From Acaryochloris thomasi RCC1774 (GTDB lineage Bacteria; Cyanobacteriota; Cyanobacteriia; Thermosynechococcales; Thermosynechococcaceae): a stretch of DNA of 24,000 nt. This document shows, in pieces, positions 9,172 through 18,044 of this stretch (positions are counted from its first letter, which is position 1; each line of letters begins with the position of its first letter). Where the stretch lies: contig NZ_PQWO01000011.1 of the NCBI RefSeq assembly GCF_003231495.1, forward strand, positions 164,893 through 188,892. The letters run 5' to 3'. The notes under the pieces were generated by a model. The model saw nothing but the letters and a program-made list of their open reading frames with translations. It was not told where the DNA came from and did not search any database. Both the position numbers and the translations under genes were made by a program.

Positions 9172-9918
9172 TTATCTGACCGTCAATGCTGCGCCCACAA
9201 ACGCGATCAGATTGTTCAAGCTATGCATCGCCAGGGGCAGGTAGAGAGAGCGGGTTTTCAGTTGGGCAATCCCCAGCAGCAGACCAAACCCAAAGAGAAT
9301 CCCCATAAAGAATAGATTGTACTGTAGGTGAATGACAGCCCAGATTCCTGACGAGATCAGAACAGCTCCGGTGGGGCCGAGGCTGGATCTCGCGATTCCG
9401 GGTATCATAAAGCCGCGAAATAAAAGCTCCTCAAACAGGGGGCCGACCAACACCACCGCAATAAACAGCGGGACTAAATGGTGAGCAGAGGTAAAAGCCT
9501 CCACCATAAACTGATCGCTTTGGTGAAACAGCTTCATCGATAACTCTGAAAGCACCAAAAAGCCCAGGAAAGCAATGTGCCAGAGGACAAAGGTTTTTAC
9601 TGAAATACCGCGTAGCCCCAAATACTGGGGCACGGTGATGGAGCGCCGCAGACGCACAAAGAAGTAGATCAAACCGATGCCGATGGTATCCGCTACCAGG
9701 GTCGAGATGGCGAGCAAAAGGCCGTTCGTCTCTAAGCTCTTAGCAATCTGGGTGAAATCTTGAACTTCTGCTCCTGGCGTTTGGGCCATGACGATGAAAA
9801 TCGCGACCAATGCGATTGCCGTACTTGCCCCTAGCAAGGTACCGATAATCAGCGTGGAAAAACCGAGGGTTGGCCACAGGGGCCAAGGCTGTGGCTTCAC
9901 GTTCATTGTCATCAGCAA
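9172..9918 (-). CDS. CPBP family intramembrane glutamic endopeptidase
   Basis: C-terminal motifs GPLFEELLFRGFM, SSGIWAVIH and LAMHSLNN. N-terminus may be a few codons shorter than the ORF. Confidence 0.88.
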   Translation of the reverse strand: MLMTMNVKPQPWPLWPTLGFSTLIIGTLLGASTAIALVAIFIVMAQTPGAEVQDFTQIAKSLETNGLLLAISTLVADTIGIGLIYFFVRLRRSITVPQYLGLRGISVKTFVLWHIAFLGFLVLSELSMKLFHQSDQFMVEAFTSAHHLVPLFIAVVLVGPLFEELLFRGFMIPGIARSSLGPTGAVLISSGIWAVIHLQYNLFFMGILFGFGLLLGIAQLKTRSLYLPLAMHSLNNLIAFVGAALTVR

Positions 9919-10154
9919 TCATTCCGGCAGTTGAATCGAGTCCTAATCAACCGCTACGTGGGGGCTATATTTGCCGTCCTGCGAAGAGTTATAGATCAGG
10001 CGTTAGCCGTCAGTATAAGTGCTGATCGGAAATCGGGAGATGCATATAGACAGAGCTTGAAAGCTGTGGTAGAGACAACTTTGCTGCTGACGATGCTAGG
10101 CGTGGACCCTTTGAGCCAAAGATACTTCCGATCCAGCGTCCACTTTGTGACCCG

Positions 10155-10970
10155 CTACTGCTGTCGCTGCTCTTGTTCTGATTCTGAAGGAAGCTGCACG
10201 GACATGAGCCCATCATCATTCACTGAGACTCGACCTCCCAGCGCCTCAATTTGGCTGCTAGCAAACTGCTGTGTTCGCTGATCGACGGCACTCATCAATA
10301 TGTTAGACCAAGAGCTAACTTGGGCCTGACGACTATCAGGATTTGTCGCTAAAAACTCAGCCGTCTGCCGGGAGCGTTGTGCTACTTTCCTCAGCCCAGG
10401 CTTTGACGATCGGCCGGCCCAGTTTGCCGCTTGTTCGTAAGATTGACGCGCAGCCTGAGGCTGTCCTAAAAACAACAGTTCATCCGCGGCCTTTGCCTGC
10501 CAGAGAAAGTATGCTTCTGGCTTCATCGCCTCTGGAATCTCGGCGAGTCCCTGCTCTAGCATAGCCACTGATTTCTGAGGTTGTCCGCCGTAGAGGGTCA
10601 CCATTGAAGATAGATAGCTATACATATCTAAAAACAACGGATCGCGATTGACCACCACTTCAAAGAACTCAGGCGTCACCGTATAGCCAGTTTTACTGCG
10701 GGCTTCGTCATCACCAAAATACTGCACCACATTCAGGAAGGCCCAATTGGCAATCAAGTTATCGAAACCAGATGACGGCAATTTCTGGGCCAAGGCCATG
10801 TTGGTCTTATACTGTGCTTCTTCTCGTAGCGCCTCTGCCTTGGTAATTTCTTGGTCGGCCTGCTGTTCTGCGGCCGTGACTTGAGCGGACTGTAGATGGG
10901 CAATGGTACCGGCACAGATAATTGCGATCGCAGGTGCTACAGCCTGTTTGATCAGTCCTCGGATCTGCAT
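10155..10970 (-). CDS. Conserved hypothetical protein with signal peptide and TPR-like helices
   Basis: 271 aa; hydrophobic N-terminus AVAPAIAIICAGTIAHL, then helical repeats (QKSVAMLEQGLAEIPE..., QPQAARQSYEQAANWAG). Long uninterrupted frame. Confidence 0.7.
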   Translation of the reverse strand: MQIRGLIKQAVAPAIAIICAGTIAHLQSAQVTAAEQQADQEITKAEALREEAQYKTNMALAQKLPSSGFDNLIANWAFLNVVQYFGDDEARSKTGYTVTPEFFEVVVNRDPLFLDMYSYLSSMVTLYGGQPQKSVAMLEQGLAEIPEAMKPEAYFLWQAKAADELLFLGQPQAARQSYEQAANWAGRSSKPGLRKVAQRSRQTAEFLATNPDSRQAQVSSWSNILMSAVDQRTQQFASSQIEALGGRVSVNDDGLMSVQLPSESEQEQRQQ

Positions 10971-11052
10971 TTTTCCTAAATCCCCAATGTCCGCAGCCTT
11001 AGTGTTCCCAAACTGGACTCAAAAATTTCAGGGTGGAGAAAATTTTCCCAGC

Positions 11053-11583
11053 TCAGCAATTCTCAGTTGCGGCAATTGGGGGCAGGCTATCCAAAAACTT
11101 TTCTCCTAAATCCTGAGGCTTGATCTGTTCGTATAGCTCAAACGGTTGATGAATCCAGGGGTTGTCTGCCAAGTGCTCGACAAAGTAATGCGGCTCGATC
11201 ACTGAGGCCGCTTTGCACCAGATCACTGCTGTGCGGACCTGATCAATGTCTGTATGCTGCTGTAGCCAGACGAGTGTTTGCTTCAGAGTCTGTCCAGAAT
11301 CGACTAAATCGTCCACCAATAGAACTTTCGTTCCTAGCTTTGGGGTCGCCATCGTCAAGGTAGAAGCGATATTCAATGCTCCCCGATGCTGGTCGTGATA
11401 GGAAGATGCGGCCAGAACTGCGAGCGGGCAATCATAGATTCGAGAAAGGATATCTCCAATCCGAAGACCGCCCCGAGCTAGACAAATAATTTGGTCAAAC
11501 TGCCAGCCTGACTGGTATACAGTGGCTGCCAACTGTTCAATTTTGTGGTGATACTCAGACCAAGACACATGCAAATCTGTCAT
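11053..11583 (-). CDS. Phosphoribosyltransferase family protein (purine PRT-like)
   Basis: PRPP-binding motif VLLVDDLVDSGQTL and ICLARGGLRIGDILSR. Confidence 0.85.
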   Translation of the reverse strand: MTDLHVSWSEYHHKIEQLAATVYQSGWQFDQIICLARGGLRIGDILSRIYDCPLAVLAASSYHDQHRGALNIASTLTMATPKLGTKVLLVDDLVDSGQTLKQTLVWLQQHTDIDQVRTAVIWCKAASVIEPHYFVEHLADNPWIHQPFELYEQIKPQDLGEKFLDSLPPIAATENC

Positions 11584-11767
11584 TCTGATAACTCTTCAAG
11601 AAGAGACCCGTCGCTTTTCCCCTCCCTCGCCGCTCAAGTCGGGATGCAAATTCTTTGAACATCCACGACCGCTCCAGGAAGCATGAGCAAACTAAAAAGC
11701 AGCTTTGCCACTTTATCGCTGCTGGATAACAAGACACAATTGTTTTCTAGCTGGCTGATGCCATTGC

Positions 11768-11793
11768 GTCTAAATCATCTGTCAGGATTAGAC
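11768..11793. promoter_or_regulatory. Inverted repeat IR1 upstream of purL
   Basis: GTCTAA(a)TC-ATCTGTCAG-GATTAGAC: 8 paired positions with one bulged A. Confidence 0.35.
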
Positions 11794-11794
11794 A

Positions 11795-11816
11795 ACAGGT
11801 ACAATTAAACACCTGT
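11795..11816. promoter_or_regulatory. Inverted repeat IR2 overlapping a -10-like hexamer upstream of purL
   Basis: ACAGGT-acaattaaac-ACCTGT perfect IR; TACAAT at 11800-11805 resembles a -10 box. purL ATG at 11835. Confidence 0.4.
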
Positions 11817-11834
11817 GCCGTTGGTGATTTGTGC

Positions 11835-14183
11835 ATGTCTACTGCTGCCCACTGTTCCCCAGATGAAATTGCTTCCGAGGGTCTGAAGCCGGGAGAATAT
11901 GACGAGATTGTTCAGCGACTTGGTCGCCACCCCAATCGAGCTGAGTTGGGGATGTTTGGGGTCATGTGGTCTGAACATTGCTGCTACAAAAACTCCAGAC
12001 CCCTGCTGTCCCAGTTTCCCACCGCAGGAGAGCGTATCCTCGTGGGACCGGGGGAAAATGCCGGGGTTGTCGATCTCGGCGATGGGCTGCAGCTTGCTTT
12101 CAAGATTGAGTCTCACAATCACCCCTCGGCTGTGGAACCCTTTCAGGGAGCGGCCACTGGTGTTGGGGGGATCCTTCGTGATATTTTTACGATGGGGGCC
12201 AGACCGATTGCGGTCCTCAATTCTCTGCGATTTGGCAGCTTGGACGATGCTCGAACGCGCCGCCTTTTCAATGGCGTTGTTTCTGGTATTGCCCACTACG
12301 GCAACTGCGTCGGGGTGCCGACGGTGGGCGGCGAAGTCTATTTTGATCCGGCCTACAGCGGCAATCCGCTGGTGAATGCGATGGCTCTGGGCCTGATGGA
12401 GATCCCAGAGATTATGAAGTCTGGGGCGGCTGGCGTGGGCAATCCGGTGCTCTATGTGGGTTCCACGACCGGACGAGACGGTATGGGAGGCGCTAGCTTC
12501 GCCAGTGCTGAACTCAATGCCGAGTCTGAAGTCGAAGATCGCCCTGCAGTGCAGGTGGGTGACCCGTTTTTAGAAAAGTCACTGATTGAAGCTTGTTTGG
12601 AAGCGTTCAAGACTGGCGCTGTAGTAGCCGCTCAAGACATGGGTGCGGCGGGGCTGACCTGCTCTACGGCTGAGATGGCGGCCAAGGGCGGATTGGGAAT
12701 TGACCTAGATCTAGACCTGATTCCCAATCGGGAAACGGGAATGGTGCCCTACGAGTATCTGCTTTCTGAATCTCAGGAGCGAATGCTGTTTGTGGCTGAG
12801 AAAGGCCGCGAACAGGAGCTCATTGATATTTTCCATCGCTGGGGTCTGCAGGCCGTGGTGGCGGGTTCTGTGATTCCTGAGTCCTTGGTCAAGATTCGCT
12901 TTCAAGGCGAGGTGGCGGCGGAGATTCCGGCCACGGCGCTGTCGGATAACACGCCCATTTATCATCGAGAGCTACCGCCCGAGCCGCCTGAGTACGCGCA
13001 GAAGGCTTGGGAATGGAGTTGCGATCGCATCCCTCCCTGCACAATCCAAGGCATCGAAATCCAAGGCAAGGCCAAAAACTGGACCCAAATTCTTTTAGAC
13101 CTCCTGGCTACCCCCACCATCGCCTCCAAGCGCTGGGTTTACCGCCAGTACGATCACCAAGTCCAGAACAACACCGTCACCCTTCCTGGAGACGCCGACG
13201 CTGCCGTGATCCGTCTTCGCCCCCTTGAAGGAGTCGCGCCTAGGGGCAACTCAGCGGTCGCAGCCACCGTTGACTGTAACGCCCGCTACGTCTACCTCGA
13301 TCCCTATGAAGGGGCCAAGGCAACCGTGGCTGAAGCCGCCCGTAATCTAAGCTGCGTCGGTGCTGAACCGATCGCCGTCACCGACAATCTCAACTTTGGC
13401 AGTCCTGAAAAGCCGATTGGCTACTGGCAACTGGCTGAAGCCTGTCGCGGTCTCTCAGAGGGCTGCACAGCCTTTAGCACCCCCGTGACCGGCGGCAATG
13501 TCTCGCTCTATAACGAAACCCTCAATGCTGCGGGAGAACCCCAGCCCATTTATCCCACCCCGGTTGTGGGAATGGTGGGGCTGATCTCAAATCTTGAGCA
13601 GACCTGTGGGCAGGGCTGGCAAGACGAAGGCGATCTGATTTACTTGTTAGGCGCTCTGCTCACGCCGCAGCCTGTCGAGCAAGGAGCGGTGACTTTAGGT
13701 GGTTCTGAGTATTTGGCTGCCATTCATCAGCAGGTAGCAGGCCGTCCGCCCAGGGTTGATTTTGAACTGGAGCGTCAGGTGCAGGTAGCCTGCCGCCACG
13801 GTATCCAGAAAGGCTGGATTCAATCAGCTCATGATTCTGCTGAAGGCGGGGTGGTTGTTGCCTTGGCCGAGTCCTGCATTAGCGGCCAGCGAGGTGCAGA
13901 GCTTGAGCTGGCCTCCTCCAAGGGTGAGCTGCGGTGGGATGAGCTGTTGTTTGGAGAAGGGGGCGCTAGAATTTTAGTGTCGTTGCGATCGCAACATCAA
14001 CAAGCTTGGGAATCCTACTTACAAACGCAGGCGCTACCCTGGGAATACCTCGGTCACGTTAGCGGTCAAAATAGCCTCGATCTCCGTGCAAATGGGCATA
14101 TGATTCTTTCTGCCTCTCTCGCGAATATGACTGACCGTTGGAGTCATGCCATTGAAAATAAGCTCAATCCAGAGGACAGCTAA
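11835..14183 (+). CDS. purL: Phosphoribosylformylglycinamidine synthase subunit PurL (small type)
   Basis: [58 protein letters not shown]...[16 protein letters not shown] preferred over the TTG at 11829. Confidence 0.97.
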   Translation: MSTAAHCSPDEIASEGLKPGEYDEIVQRLGRHPNRAELGMFGVMWSEHCCYKNSRPLLSQFPTAGERILVGPGENAGVVDLGDGLQLAFKIESHNHPSAVEPFQGAATGVGGILRDIFTMGARPIAVLNSLRFGSLDDARTRRLFNGVVSGIAHYGNCVGVPTVGGEVYFDPAYSGNPLVNAMALGLMEIPEIMKSGAAGVGNPVLYVGSTTGRDGMGGASFASAELNAESEVEDRPAVQVGDPFLEKSLIEACLEAFKTGAVVAAQDMGAAGLTCSTAEMAAKGGLGIDLDLDLIPNRETGMVPYEYLLSESQERMLFVAEKGREQELIDIFHRWGLQAVVAGSVIPESLVKIRFQGEVAAEIPATALSDNTPIYHRELPPEPPEYAQKAWEWSCDRIPPCTIQGIEIQGKAKNWTQILLDLLATPTIASKRWVYRQYDHQVQNNTVTLPGDADAAVIRLRPLEGVAPRGNSAVAATVDCNARYVYLDPYEGAKATVAEAARNLSCVGAEPIAVTDNLNFGSPEKPIGYWQLAEACRGLSEGCTAFSTPVTGGNVSLYNETLNAAGEPQPIYPTPVVGMVGLISNLEQTCGQGWQDEGDLIYLLGALLTPQPVEQGAVTLGGSEYLAAIHQQVAGRPPRVDFELERQVQVACRHGIQKGWIQSAHDSAEGGVVVALAESCISGQRGAELELASSKGELRWDELLFGEGGARILVSLRSQHQQAWESYLQTQALPWEYLGHVSGQNSLDLRANGHMILSASLANMTDRWSHAIENKLNPEDS

Positions 14184-14196
14184 TCCAAATTTGGAT
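14183..14196. repeat. Perfect 14-bp palindrome ATCCAAATTTGGAT at the end of purL
   Basis: Read directly; begins at the last base of the purL stop codon. Confidence 0.6.
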
Positions 14197-14228
14197 CGGC
14201 GATCCCCCTAGAAGTTTGTTATTGTCTT

Positions 14229-14246
14229 AAATATTCCTTAATATTT
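14229..14246. repeat. Inverted repeat AAATATT-CCTT-AATATTT just upstream of purF
   Basis: Perfect 7-bp arms, 5 nt before the ATG at 14252. Confidence 0.6.
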
Positions 14247-14251
14247 CCTCC

Positions 14252-15790
14252 ATGTATTCAGGTGACGCGGTGTCAATATCTAGCATGACTGCTCAAGAGC
14301 CCACTGGCCCAGTTCTCGACATTGACCGCCTTCCTCCCCCTGACCTGCTAGCGGAGGATAAGCCAGAAGAAGCCTGTGGGGTCTTTGGCGTTTATACCGT
14401 TAGGCATGAAGCCGCCAAGCTCGCCTACTTTGGTCTATTTGCACTCCAGCATCGAGGGCAAGAGTCCGCCGGGATTGCCACGTTTCAGGGCGATAAGGTT
14501 CACGTTCACAAAGATATGGGTTTGGTGACCCAGGTTTTTGATGAGCAAATTTTGGAGCAGCTTCCGGGCAGCATTGCGGTGGGCCACACGCGCTACTCAA
14601 CAACGGGATCAAGTCGGGTGGTCAATGCCCAGCCCGTCATCGTTGAGACCCGTTTGGGAACGCTAGCCCTGGCGCACAACGGCAATCTCGTCAATACTGC
14701 TATTTTGCGAGAGCAGGTCTTGGCGCACAACTGGTCCTTGGAGACCACCACTGACTCTGAGGTCATTGCCTACGCCATTGCTCAGGAAATCTCGACGGGT
14801 AAGGATTGGCTGGACAGTGCGATCGCAGCCTGTCAGACCTGTGAGGGAGCCTTTAGCCTCGTCATCGGTACCCCTGAAGGTGTTATGGGCGTTCGTGATC
14901 CCCACGGTATTCGACCGCTGGTGCTGGGAATTCTAACCTCTGCCGATAGCCCTGGGAATCCTCAGTACGTCTTGGCCTCTGAAACCTGTGGCCTCGACAT
15001 CATTGGGGCCGAATATCTACGGGATGTCGAACCCGGTGAACTGGTGTGGATTACAAAAGAGGGACTCGCCTCTTTTCACTGGAGCCAGCGCCCTGAGCCA
15101 AAGCTCTGCGTCTTCGAAATGATTTACTTCGCTCGACCTGACAGCCAGATGCATGGTGAAAGCCTCTATAGCTACCGCTTACGCCTCGGCGAATATTTAG
15201 CAAAAGAATCTCCTGTTGAGGCCGACATTGTTATTGCGGTTCCAGACTCTGGAATTCCTGCCGCCATCGGTTTTTCACAGCTCAGCGGCATTCCCTACGC
15301 CGAAGGTCTGATCAAGAATCGATACGTTGGTCGTACCTTTATTCAACCGACCCAGGCCATGCGAGAGCTGGGCATCAAAATGAAGCTCAACCCGCTTCGA
15401 GATGTGTTAGAGGGTAAGCGGGTCGTGATTGTAGACGACTCCATTGTCCGAGGCACCACCAGTCACAAGATTGTCAAAGCACTGCGAGATGCGGGGGCGG
15501 CTGAAGTGCATATGCGCGTCTCCTCTCCCCCTGTGACCCATCCCTGTTTTTACGGCATTGACACCGACAACCAAGACCAGCTGATTGCGGCCACCAAGTC
15601 GGTGCAGGAAATTGCGGACAAAATTGGCGTTGATTCACTTGCCTTCCTGCGGCATGACAGCATGCTAGAGGCTGCTCAGGATAGCGACAGTCATTTTTGC
15701 TCGGCCTGCTTTTCTGGCAACTATCCGATTACGATCCCCGAATCTCTCAGAGCCTCGAAGCTGATGCTAGAAGAAGCGGTTTCGTCCTAA
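14252..15790 (+). CDS. purF: Amidophosphoribosyltransferase PurF
   Basis: EEACGVFGVYTVRHEAAKLAYFGLFALQHRGQESAGIATFQG (Ntn/GATase2, catalytic Cys after propeptide) and VVIVDDSIVRGTTSHKIVKALRDAGAAEVHMRVSSPP. Alternative ATG at 14285. Confidence 0.97.
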   Translation: MYSGDAVSISSMTAQEPTGPVLDIDRLPPPDLLAEDKPEEACGVFGVYTVRHEAAKLAYFGLFALQHRGQESAGIATFQGDKVHVHKDMGLVTQVFDEQILEQLPGSIAVGHTRYSTTGSSRVVNAQPVIVETRLGTLALAHNGNLVNTAILREQVLAHNWSLETTTDSEVIAYAIAQEISTGKDWLDSAIAACQTCEGAFSLVIGTPEGVMGVRDPHGIRPLVLGILTSADSPGNPQYVLASETCGLDIIGAEYLRDVEPGELVWITKEGLASFHWSQRPEPKLCVFEMIYFARPDSQMHGESLYSYRLRLGEYLAKESPVEADIVIAVPDSGIPAAIGFSQLSGIPYAEGLIKNRYVGRTFIQPTQAMRELGIKMKLNPLRDVLEGKRVVIVDDSIVRGTTSHKIVKALRDAGAAEVHMRVSSPPVTHPCFYGIDTDNQDQLIAATKSVQEIADKIGVDSLAFLRHDSMLEAAQDSDSHFCSACFSGNYPITIPESLRASKLMLEEAVSS

Positions 15791-15806
15791 ACATTCTCAA
15801 GCACCC

Positions 15807-16793
15807 ATGGATATCCAGCGATGGTTAGCGCGGCAAGAACCTCAGTGGCAGCGGCTGGAGTCTCTGCTGCGGCAGGCTGAGTCTAAAAGCCTAAAGCGAA
15901 TGTCAGCTTCTGAGGTGCAGGAGCTGAGCGGTCTCTATCGCCTAGTGGCGTCTGATCTGGCACGGGCAAAGGCGCGTCAGGTGGGTCCGGCCATCACGGA
16001 AAAGCTCCAGGGGCTGACGATGCGGGGCTATGCTCAGATTTATCAGGGGGGACGGCGGCAGGAGTGGCAGCAGGTTGTTGACTTTTTTCTGTGGGGCTTC
16101 CCGAGGGCGGTGCAGGATACATGGAAGCAGATCGCCGCTGCGACGCTTATCTTCATCGTTGGCGGCTTGATCGGTTGGTGGTACGCTTGGCGCGATCCAG
16201 CCTTTATCTCCACGATGGTTTCTCAGGACATGATTGATCTAGTGCAGGATGAAGGTGAGCTATGGACGGGATCTATGGTGGGAGCAGAGCCGATCGCCTC
16301 TAGCTTTCTAATGCGGAATAATATTGGCGTCACTTTCAAAGCCTTTGCTGGTGGTATGTTGGCGGGGTTTGGGACGAGCTACATTATGTGGGTCAACGGG
16401 TTGCTGATTGGTGTCGTTGCAACTTTGGTGGGTCAGAATGATCTTGCTTACCCCTTTTGGGCCTTCGTCTTGCCCCACGGCTCACTAGAGCTACCGGCTA
16501 TTTTTTTGGCGGGGGGCGCAGGTTTATGTCTTGCACAGGGCCTGATTTTCCCGGGACAGTATAAGCGCCTTGATGCCCTGAGAATAGGGGGCGGAAAGGC
16601 CATTCAACTTATGTTTGGTGTTGTTCCTATGCTGGTGATTGCGGGCATCATTGAGGGCTTTTTCTCTCCCGCGCCAGGGGTTCCTGATGCCGCGAAGTAT
16701 CTAGTGGGTCTATCGCTATTCTGGGCACTGATCCTCTATTTACGTCGTCGGCCAAGGGACGTGATCCCAGCATCTATTATTCCTCAAGAATAG
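15807..16793 (+). CDS. Stage II sporulation protein M (SpoIIM/DUF95)-like membrane protein
   Basis: 328 aa; ...LFLWGFPRAVQDTWKQIAAATLIFIVGGLIG...NNIGVTFKAFAGGMLAGFGTSYIMWVNGLLIG...HGSLELPAIFLAGGAGL, typical of the family. Confidence 0.87.
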   Translation: MDIQRWLARQEPQWQRLESLLRQAESKSLKRMSASEVQELSGLYRLVASDLARAKARQVGPAITEKLQGLTMRGYAQIYQGGRRQEWQQVVDFFLWGFPRAVQDTWKQIAAATLIFIVGGLIGWWYAWRDPAFISTMVSQDMIDLVQDEGELWTGSMVGAEPIASSFLMRNNIGVTFKAFAGGMLAGFGTSYIMWVNGLLIGVVATLVGQNDLAYPFWAFVLPHGSLELPAIFLAGGAGLCLAQGLIFPGQYKRLDALRIGGGKAIQLMFGVVPMLVIAGIIEGFFSPAPGVPDAAKYLVGLSLFWALILYLRRRPRDVIPASIIPQE

Positions 16794-16828
16794 GTCCGGA
16801 TGCAGGCAAAGCCTGTGCTAGTTTCTGG

Positions 16829-16858
16829 CTTGACATCAATTGCTGGATGATGGCTATA
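16829..16858 (+). promoter_or_regulatory. Putative promoter for the leader and RHH gene
   Basis: TTGACA followed after 19 nt by TATACT. Good hexamers but long spacing. Confidence 0.35.
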
Positions 16859-16968
16859 CTACAATCGTAGTATGGAGCAGTAGCCGTATTGATCAGAGCT
16901 TCAAGGCGGCTGAACGTGACGCGACTCTGAACGCGGTGCGACTAAGGAAAGGCTGTTCTTATCCATGC

Positions 16969-17001
16969 GAGCACCGCTGGTGCTCCTGTTCCTTTAGGAG
17001 G
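16969..17001 (+). promoter_or_regulatory. Leader hairpin with alternative anti-Shine-Dalgarno pairing
   Basis: GAGCACC-GCT-GGTGCTC (16969-16985) is a perfect 7-bp hairpin. CTCCT (16983-16987) can instead pair with AGGAG (16996-17000) of the SD AGGAGG. Confidence 0.45.
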
Positions 17002-17008
17002 TATTGTT

Positions 17009-17344
17009 TTGCCCACGAGTCACCACACTTCTACAACGGATATGCAGGTTACGAGCATCCGTCTGGAGCGAGAGCTAAAGGAGCGTCTCAAAACACTGGC
17101 GGGCAATCAAGGATATCAAACCCTAATCCGTGATGTTCTCTGGACCTATGTACAGCAAAAATCAGGGGACGATCGGCTTTCACCCACTCAGATTAGCGCC
17201 AGTGTCCCGGCCATCGCTCACCAGCAGCAGCACTGTGCCGTGACCGGTCAGGTTATTCAGCCCCAAGAGGCAATGCAGCTTGGGTTCACGACCGAGGGGA
17301 TGGTGGTGCCGTTAAGTTCTGATGAATGGCAGGATAAAGCTTAG
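17009..17344 (+). CDS. Small ribbon-helix-helix/CopG-like protein
   Basis: 111 aa; MQVTSIRLERELKERLKTLAGNQGYQTLIRDVLWTYVQQKSG resembles RHH. TTG start 7 nt after a strong AGGAGG; internal ATG alternative further in. Confidence 0.65.
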   Translation: MPTSHHTSTTDMQVTSIRLERELKERLKTLAGNQGYQTLIRDVLWTYVQQKSGDDRLSPTQISASVPAIAHQQQHCAVTGQVIQPQEAMQLGFTTEGMVVPLSSDEWQDKA

Positions 17345-17365
17345 GGCTGCATCCTCTGGTAAGGT

Positions 17366-17701
17366 TTGATTCATCCTCTACGGCAAGCAATCATGACTCC
17401 TGGAACCCTAGCTGCATTACTCTACGGCTTGCTCAACATTGCCGGTGGCGTGATGGGCTATGTGAAGAGCAAGAGCAAGATTTCTCTGATCATGGGCTGC
17501 TTTTTTGGCATGCTGCTGGTGGTAGGTGCGATCGCAACCTTGAAAGGCAGCGCGATTGGATTATCGATGGCAACGGTGATTACTGGCATATTGGTCGTTG
17601 TGTTCGGCATTCGATGGGTCAAGACCCAGAAGGTTATGCCGTCAGGCCTGATGGTGATTTTGGGCGCTGTCTCACTATTGATTATGGTGTTGGTAAAGTA
17701 G
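17366..17701 (+). CDS. TMEM14-like small membrane protein
   Basis: 4-TM, Gly-rich; YGLLNIAGGVMGYVKSKSKISLIMGCFFGMLLVVGA...FGIRWVKTQKVMPSGLMVILGAVSLL. Likely start ATG at 17393. Confidence 0.8.
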   Translation: MIHPLRQAIMTPGTLAALLYGLLNIAGGVMGYVKSKSKISLIMGCFFGMLLVVGAIATLKGSAIGLSMATVITGILVVVFGIRWVKTQKVMPSGLMVILGAVSLLIMVLVK

Positions 17702-17762
17702 GCCATCCCAACGCAGGAAAGCCTGTTTAAATATCCACCTCGCTAGATCTAGTAAATCAATC

Positions 17763-17792
17763 TATTGAGCAAGGACAAAACTTTGTTCAATA
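17763..17792 (+). terminator. Candidate terminator hairpin downstream of the TMEM14-like gene
   Basis: TATTGAGCAAGG-ACAAAA-CTTTGTTCAATA, 12-bp stem with two G.U pairs, followed shortly by GATTTTATTT. Confidence 0.35.
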
Positions 17793-18044
17793 CACTGATT
17801 TTATTTACTTCCAAAAATAAATAAAAAATCAAGCTAAGTGATACCGAGATATATACGTTAACCCGAGTTTGCATACATAAATCAAACAGAGCGTTGGGCA
17901 TCATAGAAGTAATTGAAGCTCACGTTTAGCTTGGCACGATATTTTTCGCGTCCTTGAATTGGGAGATACATCTATATCTCTCTTGACTCATGAAAGCTTC
18001 AGGCTATCAGTGTTTGTTACTTAACGAAGGTTTAATGGGTTTCT

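Noticed and set aside
9919-10154. Gap inspected for tRNA or ncRNA
   Set aside because: No cloverleaf, GTTCRANNC arm or other recognisable RNA feature found by eye.
9931-10281. 116-aa plus-strand ORF in and beyond the gap after the CPBP gene
   Set aside because: Overlaps the end of the better-supported minus-strand 271-aa gene; composition (SSFTETRPPSAS...CCRCSCSD) looks non-coding.
11805-12375. ORFs 11805-12296 (-) and 11899-12375 (+) within purL
   Set aside because: Alternate-frame shadows of the unambiguous purL reading frame.
16840-17133. 97-aa ORF over the RHH leader
   Set aside because: Overlaps the strong SD and the RHH gene in another frame, with frequent Ser/Cys/Arg from GC-rich leader sequence. 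The structured-leader interpretation fits better, though a uORF is not excluded.
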